In this document: positions 33,998 to 42,085 of the stretch, in pieces
How positions within the stretch are numbered: position 1 is the first letter of the stretch
How the letters are laid out: each line of letters starts with the position of its first letter
Notes under the pieces: generated by a model
Seen by the model: the letters and a program-made list of their open reading frames with translations, nothing else
What the model was told of the DNA's origin: nothing
Database searches by the model: none
Source: Octopus bimaculoides
Taxonomy: Eukaryota
Reading direction: 5' to 3'
Assembly (NCBI RefSeq): GCF_001194135.2
Contig: NC_068983.1
Span: 13,008,248-13,050,332, forward strand
DNA length: 42,085 nt
Made by a program: the position numbers and the translations under genes

Positions 33998-35459
33998 TAT
34001 GTACGTGTGTGTGCGTATGTATGTATGTATGTATGCATGCATGTGTGTAGGTATGTATGCGGTATGTGTGTATGTATGTATGACGGAAATATGTAGACAT
34101 ATGTTCCAGTCGGAATTCATGTCGGGATTTTGATGCAACATTGATTCACACTCGTTGGAACGTATATGGATATATATAAATGATAAATGTAAAATTCCGG
34201 TATGCAATAATGTGCAGTTTATAATCACTGTATGATTATGGGCTCTGTATATCCGCCTGTCGTTTATATAAGTGCACATTTTCGCAAAGACTTTTCTTTA
34301 CAAAACCATTTCAATAAGTATGCATTGAACATCTTGATACAAAAATCGAGTAATTTTAACAAGGCTTATCGTAGCTTACACTTCATTCTACTATCTGCCT
34401 TTCTGAATTTCAAATTGTATTTGAATAGTACAGAAATATTTACGGTATATTTTTTTATATATTTATTTAAGTAGATATCAATGTTGTTATTTGGATTTTA
34501 TATTTTCTTTCCCTATTATTTTTAGTTTCACACGAATATCTCTCTTTAGTCTTTTCAATGTATTCTGATTATTATACATCTCAAAAATATTGATACCATA
34601 TTAATGTGGTGTTATATATTTGCATTTTATTATGTACTTCTGTTCACTCTTATCTTCTAATGTGTTGAATTCATTATTCGTTAGTTTTTTTTTATGTTTG
34701 AAAAATGTCATTCTTGGAAACCTTTGCAGATTACGAATAAGTATAGTTGTGGTGAGAAATTATAATTATTTCAGATACTAATAAATGATTTTCTCAGAGA
34801 AATAAACTGAAAAATTTTGTAGGGAAAATAAATATTACAAAACAACTATATTATTTCATGCTTTTGTTATTTCGTTGTTTGTTAGAACTGTTTTCCATGC
34901 TATGTTTGTTTCTAATAAGTATTAAAAAAAAATAACTTTTATGCAGCACACTTTGACATTTTCTTCATAAAATATTGATTGCAGCCTTTTCAAGTTTTCA
35001 GCTATTTCTAAAAGATACGTCGTCATAGTATCAAAAGGTCATTAGGTACAAAGAATATTAAAAAAAAAAACATAAACCAAAGTAGTAACAAACAGTTTCA
35101 TTATTTTTTCTAAGAAAATAAACAACATAGAAAAAATAAAATCATTCAGCAGGCTACATTTATATTACATATATATTATTCTCTATCTTCTTCATGTTTT
35201 ATCTATTTATATACATTTTATATATTTATATACATTTTATATATTTATATACTCGAATATTTTTTAAAAGAATAAAGAGGCTTAGTTAATATATTCCACA
35301 AAGATTTCGTAGTGCGTTGATCCGAGGTTTCTGTCCTGTTCATGACAGCTGTGTATGTCAAGATCAGAAGTGATAGAGAATCTGATTTTAGGAACGGTAC
35401 ACCAACAGAAACATCAGTTGAATATGTAATATGCAACCTCCGACTACATCTACATTTAC

Positions 35460-35480
35460 CCTTATCAACATCAGAGGATA
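35460..35480 (-). other. Candidate 21-nt micro-exon, or start of a longer terminal exon
   Basis: Minus strand: perfect TACTAAC branch site (35504-35498), atgatttattattttag acceptor, donor agg|gtaaat. The phase-1 frame stays open for ~78 codons to 35245. Confidence 0.35.
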
Positions 35481-36052
35481 CTAAAATAATAAATCATGTT
35501 AGTAAATTCTATGTATAGTATATTAAAATAATCGCTATTAATATATCAGGATTCTTCGTGTATTTTCGGAAAGCCTACAATAAAAAAAATATACGTTATC
35601 CTGTATTTTGTTATACGAGTTCATTTAATCCTGTCTATGACAGGCATAAGTCTGCGCATTTTTTGATGACGAGAGTTGTGGAATTGACGGATACATTTTA
35701 TTTTATTAAAGGCAGGTGCATGTCAAGTAAAATAATTTACCTCTCTGAGATTTGAACCCAGAACTTAAATAACTGGAAGAAAACAAAATTAAAAAAAGAA
35801 ATACTGTAATACTTTGTGTCAAAGGAAACTACCAATCCATTATATATGTGGTGTGTGAGAATTCTTTTTCACACACATACACATATATGAATAAATACAT
35901 ACATACGCATGTATGCTTATATGTATCTCTCTCTCACACACTCTCTCTCTCTCTATATATATTTATACACTTACATGCATATACATATATATACATATAT
36001 ATATATATATATAAATATATATGTACATAAACACACACAAACGCACAGACAC

Positions 36053-36088
<36 letters not shown>

Positions 36089-36621
36089 NNNNNNNNNNNN
36101 NNNNNNNNNNNNNNNNNNNNNNNNNNNNNNNNNNNNNNNNNNNNNNNNNNNNNNNNNNNNNNNNNCATACATATATATATATATATAATACACATATACA
36201 CATACATGCATGTAGATAATGCGCTATATGATGCTACTCATTGCACTAGAAAATGTTCACCTTTACAGAATATAGTGTTGTTATCAGAAAGGTTTCATCT
36301 TATAAAGCTAAAGAAGATATATGTAACCCCTGCTTTAGTCTTTTATAATTGAAGGGTGAGTTCAGTGCGTAAGATATTAACAGTTCCAGGCGCTTTCCTG
36401 CATAAAGTGTTAATCATGCATTTGTTAGTGAAAGGTAAAAGAGTGGAAACACTGTTGTTTCTCAGACAGGAATAAAGGTGCATATGTTAATATGTTCAGG
36501 TTGGGGTTATGTATGCAAAAAGCATCTCATTGAACTTAGCGCAGAAATTAGAGAAAGTGAAGAAATTCTTCTGAGTTGTTACAGTGTGTGCGTGTGTGTG
36601 TGCATGTGTTTGTGTGTCTGT

Positions 36622-36670
<49 letters not shown>

Positions 36671-36826
36671 ATGAAAAATAACAGATAAAGATAATGTGTG
36701 TAAGGGTGTATGAATGTATGAGAGATTTATGTGAGAGAGTATGCTTATGTTTTGTCTGTATGTTTGTATGATTATGTTTGCGTAGAAATATTTGTAAGTT
36801 TGCGTGCGATGTGGGAAGAAATAGTG

Positions 36827-36865
<39 letters not shown>

Positions 36866-37674
36866 NNNNNNNNNNNNNNNNNNNNNNNNNNNNNNNNNNN
36901 NNNNNNNNNNNNNNNNNNNNNNNNNNNNNNNNNNNNNNNNNNNNNNNNNNNNNNNNNNNNNNNNNNNNNNNNNNNNNNNNNNNNNNNNNNNNNNNNNNNN
37001 NNNNNNNNNNNNNNNNNNNNNNNNNNNNNNNNNNNNNNNNNNNNNNNNNNNNNNNNNNNNNNNNNNNNNNNNNNNNNNNNNNNNNNNNNNNNNNNNNNNN
37101 NNNNNNNNNNNNNNNNNNNNNNNNNNNNNNNNNNNNNNNNNNNNNNNNNNNNNNNNNNNNNNNNNNNNNNNNNNNNNNNNNNNNNNNNNNNNNNNNNNNN
37201 NNNNNNNNNNNNNNNNNNNNNNNNNNNNNNNNNNNNNNNNNNNNNNNNNNNNNNNNNNNNNNNNNNNNNNNNNNNNNNNNNNNNNNNNNNNNNNNNNNNN
37301 NNNNNNNNNNNNNNNNNNNNNNNNNNNNNNNNNNNNNNNNNNNNNNNNNNNNNNNNNNNNNNNNNNNNNNNNNNNNNNNNNNNNNNNNNNNNNNNNNNNN
37401 NNNNNNNNNNNNNNNNNNNNNNNNNNNNNNNNNNNNNNNNNNNNNNNNNNNNNNNNNNNNNNNNNNNNNNNNNNNNNNNNNNNNNNNNNNNNNNNNNNNN
37501 NNNNNNNNNNNNNNNNNNNNNNNNNNNNNNNNNNNNNNNNNNNNNNNNNNNNNNNNNNNNNNNNNNNNNNNNNNNNNNNNNNNNNNNNNNNNNNNNNNNN
37601 NNNNNNNNNNNNNNNNNNNNNNNNNNNNNNNNNNNNNNNNNNNNNNTATATACATATATATATTAGAGAACATA

Positions 37675-38081
37675 GTAATCCTTCAGTATGAGGTGATTAA
37701 AAAAGTAAATAAAAATTAAAGGGGAAATAACAACAAGGGAAGCCTAAATGGTGGTATGTACACTCACGAAGTGATTGTGCATCAAGAGAAGTTTGTAGAT
37801 CCGACAAATAAGGACGTCCATATACAAAATCTGGAGAACAAGTGGACGCGTGCAAAAGGAAAACTACGACGTGAATTTGGAACGTCAGACAAATTTTTCG
37901 CTTCGTACTGACACGAATTTGTATGGAGGAATTCTATACCTAAGAAAAAAAATTGTTCAATTGTTGGTTGCAATTGCCAATGTCTACATTGTTTAATAAT
38001 AAGTTGACTTATTTATCTCCCCTTGTTATTTCCCCTTTAATTTGTATTTACGTTTGTAATCACCTCATACTGAAGGATTAC
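37675..38081 (+). mobile_element. Internally deleted Merlin (IS1016/IS1595-like) DNA transposon with 59-bp TIRs
   Basis: TIRs 37675-37733 / 38023-38081 (56/59 identical). Frame from 37741: MYTHEVIVHQEKFVDPTNKDVHIQNLENKWTRAKGKLRREFGTSDKFFASY*HEFVWRN, matching the YxHxxVxH..FVDP...H.QxIE..W...Y..EF.WR motif. Confidence 0.8.
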
Positions 38082-39553
38082 CACAGGGTAATATGTTGTA
38101 CCCTAGTATATATAAAAATAAATTTATGTATACATAATTATTAATTATACGACTTTTACGCAGGCGGCCACTAACGTTATTATTATTTTTAGGACTAATA
38201 TTGCTCTGTGGTAATCCTTTAAATCAACTAAATTATACTGTAATAAAAATATGATGTACTCCTTCACTAGAAGAATCCGATGGTTTATTACAAACTTTAT
38301 TTACAACTTATCTAATAAAAACCTTTAGAGTATCTAACATCTAAACTTATTGTCAAATTTTATTAAATTTTAAAAGACAAATGGCTTTTACAACTCCCAC
38401 CCTTCCTCTACCGTTCTTGAAAAATTTCCCACTTTTCTTAAATATTTCGTTCGATAGACCGACACCAAAAGATCTCACTTTCCCCTTGTTACTGGATGAG
38501 TTTCCATAATTTTCTGGAATTTGTCATTCGATGCGTTAGAATCACGTCTCTAGAAAACAAATAAGTACTTATTAACGATAGTTTCGCTAAAATAATATTA
38601 TTTTCCCAATATTTTCATATAGATCTTCTGGGGTGGAAAATGAAATGATGTATATCAAAAGTAAATTATTTCATAATGTTTTAAAAAATATGACAGCAGC
38701 AAAAAGAATGAAAAGTGCTGGCAAGAATCGCAATATAAATCGCCTAAGTGAACAAAACAAAGCAAAATACATAAATTATTATATGTAATGTATAAGAGAT
38801 ATTGTATAACGAAAAAAGAATGTGTCACATATGTATAACAATTTCCTAATAAATTTCCTGATAGATTTCCTAACACCCGACAAGAAGTGAGAATATTCGA
38901 TTATTTTATAATTTTTTTTTTCATAAAATTAAATAACAATTTAACTGTAAAATGAATCAATTAAATGCTGAAAAAATAAACAATTATAAAGAAAAGCGTC
39001 AAAAATTGTAAAAGGTGCTGAGAATGTTTTAAAAAAAGTAAAATGAAAAATAGCAACTTGTTTCCTATTAGAGAGAAACTGAAGTAAATGGAGACGAAAT
39101 AATTCGATAAATACGAAGCAGTGTTATATGTAGGCAAGTAATAATGTAGTAAAGATGATAAATAGTGATGCATATTGGGTAATTGTATAAATACGTGAAT
39201 TTCCGTTTACACATGTATAGAGTTCATACTGAAAGAAAAAAATATGATACGAATAAAAGGAAACGAAACGATTCGATTAATAAGAATCTTCATGTCATAT
39301 AAAGCAATCAATAACGACGAGGAATAAGAAAAAAATGGTAAAAAAATTGCACGTTCGGTAATATTTAGTATATATTACGTATGTTCACAAACATCTGAGC
39401 ATACAATCGTACACAAAAATACAAACATAGACACACTGGCGCAAACGCATCCAAATATACGTACTTTACGCAAACAATCATATATCTTTTCCATAAGCAT
39501 ACCTGTATACGTATGCGTGTTTATGTAAGAATAAGGATTCAAAAAACACACAG

Positions 39554-39601
<48 letters not shown>

Positions 39602-39743
39602 AGTATGTATGTATATATGTACTACGTACGTACGTATGTATACACGCACGTAAGTACATAGAATAACGCACATATACAGCCAATAAAATCAGGCAGATGA
39701 CTCATAATCATTCAAATATATTTGTGTATAAGTGTATATATTT

Positions 39744-39798
<55 letters not shown>

Positions 39799-40216
39799 AT
39801 ATATATATATATAAATGTACGTATGTTTATATACGTACACATATGCATATGCACAATCATACATATATGTATGCGCGTGTTTGTAGTTATATACACACAT
39901 ATACGTACATATACTCACTCAGCAGATATTTAAAAAAATCCATTCTACATTATTCCCGAACCTAGTTTTCAACATAAACATGACATCCCAGGTGGTTAGT
40001 CCTGTGCTGAGATTAATGTTTCTTAGTTTACAATTTACGACTTCAAGTCGATATACTTAAACGAAAAAACAAGAAAATCTCAGAACATAAAAACGTAGTC
40101 AATCGTTAACATACACAGAATATGCAAAGACGCATATATGCATACACATTGACAGGACTTCTATAAAAGCAGCATATAAACCATGTATAACTGAAAGTAA
40201 TGTAAAATGCATACCT

Positions 40217-40268
<52 letters not shown>

Positions 40269-40489
40269 CATTCATAGGCTGACTGACTGCCTGATAGATA
40301 GATAAATAGCTAGATTTTGTTGTGGTGATGAAAATAATCCTCACTAAGGTCTCAATATACGAAGCAGCGTACGCGCATCCTCAAAGTGATATGAACGTAC
40401 ATACATAAAGATATATACATATATATATATATATGTAGAGAGAGAGAGACATGCTTGTATGCGTATGTATACATATATATATATACATA

Positions 40490-40580
40490 TCCTTCACTGC
40501 TCTCAGTCATTAGATTGCAGCCATAGCAGAGCAATGCTCTGTGCATTTTAAGAACGGAGCCCGGTACGTTTTTCTTTAAA
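40490..40580 (-). mobile_element. Degenerate SINE family A 3' tail
   Basis: Reverse complement gcattgctctgctatggctgcaatctaatgactgag resembles gcattgctgccgcatggccgcagtcaaattactgaaac (8378-8416). Confidence 0.45.
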
Positions 40581-40618
40581 GCGTGGCCGTAAGCTTCGTA
40601 TATATATATAATTATTAA

Positions 40619-40692
40619 TTTCATACTGAACTACTTGGCAAAATTGTTAATTATTAATTTTATTACTATTTGACGATTCCCTGCCCTATATC

Positions 40693-40734
<42 letters not shown>

Positions 40735-40808
40735 TATGCAGGGTAGGGAATCGTCAATTAGTAATAAAATAAATAATCAACAATTTTGCCGGGTAGCTCA
40801 GTATGAAA
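40619..40808. repeat. ~190-bp palindrome: two ~75-bp arms around a (TA)n centre
   Basis: tttcatactgaactacttggcaaaattgtt...ttgacgattccctgccctatatct (40619-40693) vs the reverse complement of 40732-40808; 7 mismatches and a 2-nt indel by eye. Confidence 0.9.
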
Positions 40809-41037
40809 AAACCTTCTTCGGTAAAAAACATTTATAATCATAAATATATAGGGATTGACAGTAACCTGCTTCTCCAACATACTGAGAATTCAGAAATAGC
40901 AGTCAAAGAACTACTGATTTCAAAACTACAAATTATTACTCCAGATTGATAGATATATATATATATATATGCCTACACACACACAACTTCAGGGATTGCA
41001 TAACTGCCACCTCCAGAGAGCATGGAGTGTTAGTTAC

Positions 41038-41111
41038 CGGTACACACTCTGTTATATCCAGTATTCTATTGGCCAGTGCGAAACCAATTCGCAAGATCTT
41101 CTGAAAGGAAT
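41038..41111 (-). other. Candidate 74-nt (or 63-nt) exon
   Basis: Acceptor gtgttacag (or attcctttcag at 41101), donor ccg|gtaact; open frame DSFQKILRIGFALANRILDITECVP in a locally GC-richer island. No homology recognised. Confidence 0.25.
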
Positions 41112-42085
41112 CTGTAACACTGTTTACATTGATTAATATACACATTCTATTGGTAAATATAGGAATGTAAGCATTTTCTGTTTTATATATTTTTACAAGC
41201 ATTACAAAGTGTGTGTATGTGTGTTTGTGTGTTTGTGTGTGTTTGTGTGTGTGTGTGTGGGAGGTATACACAATGTGATAGAGAGGATAAGAGAGAGGGA
41301 GAGAGAAGGCACCTATTCATAGTGATTGTACGTTGTAATATATGATGCGGCAAATATATTACTCTTTCCGGAAACTCATAAGAAAGTAGTTTTACTTGAA
41401 ACTATGCTTTCAACAAATGAAAACAACTGTACCTATCCAATAAATTTTACATAACAGATTGCAAAACATATATGGAGACCACGAGAGTGGCTGTACTGAC
41501 TTGCTAGAAATAGCAACCATATCACACTCAAACAAAATACCATTGTTTTACGAAGTAGGATATTTTCATACGCATGTCAGTTCTGTTATAGATATGATAA
41601 GCTTAAAACAGAAAAAAATAATGATGATACATGTATAGTGTGGATATCTCAGATCATATTCTTTCCCAGTATGGATCTATACGACAAATTAAGATTCAGC
41701 AGAAACAGAGTAACAAATAACAATATTTCTTCTATCTCACGTAGAATAAATTCTCAGTTGGGTACATAATACAAAGCAGAATTATATGTGTTGCGTCAAA
41801 TTAGGAAATAGAAACGAAGTCTCTAGAAATTTATAACGTACATCTTGATAAGAGGCTGACAACATTCAATATTGTTGTCCCGGCGATATTCTGGAAAAGA
41901 AAGAGATTAATCCTCTTTGTCGAATCACTTGTGTATATAGTATATAGCATCTCAACACCAGCTTTCGGAAAGGAGGGTGCAGGGAGTTTAAATTAGTACA
42001 ATACAAGATGCGATAGGAGCTTGATAATCTTGTTTGATTTTAATGCAGTATAAAATAAATGCATATATATATATATATATATATA

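Noticed and set aside
35310-35372. Plus-strand peptide FCPVHDSCVC resembling an LRR N-cap
   Set aside because: Immediately closed by stops and no LRR repeats follow.
1472-37719. Long ORFs in the track (150-334 aa) rich in X, YI, HT, CV or LSIY
   Set aside because: They are produced by N-gaps and di/tetranucleotide repeats, which lack stop codons; there is no coding signal.

Overview
AT-rich, microsatellite-dense animal genomic DNA with 14 N-gaps totalling about 5 kb. The repeat families look like those of a coleoid cephalopod, probably Octopus; this is an inference from pattern recognition, not a database match. No intact protein-coding gene, rRNA, functional tRNA or CRISPR array is supported, and almost all long ORFs in the track are artefacts of N-runs or microsatellites. 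The window is mainly nested mobile-element remains. These include four tRNA-derived SINE families (labelled A-D here) plus one (AAT)n-tailed repeat (E), and R4/Dong-type restriction-like-endonuclease (REL) LINEs sitting in (TAA)n and ACAY microsatellites. Also present are L1/Tx1 and CR1/L2 fragments, Penelope-like elements with hammerhead-ribozyme-like cores, a Merlin derivative with 59-bp TIRs, a fold-back MITE and a tRNA-Thr-like pseudogene. A few isolated micro-exon candidates suggest this may be intronic DNA of an unidentified gene. The main theme is a microsatellite-centred element ecosystem: elements that appear to target, end at, carry or fold back on simple repeats. The best leads are a REL LINE flanked by ACAY rather than TAA repeats, (TA)n-anchored hammerhead-like mini-elements, (TA)n-centred palindromes, and a LINE/SINE shared 3' tail.
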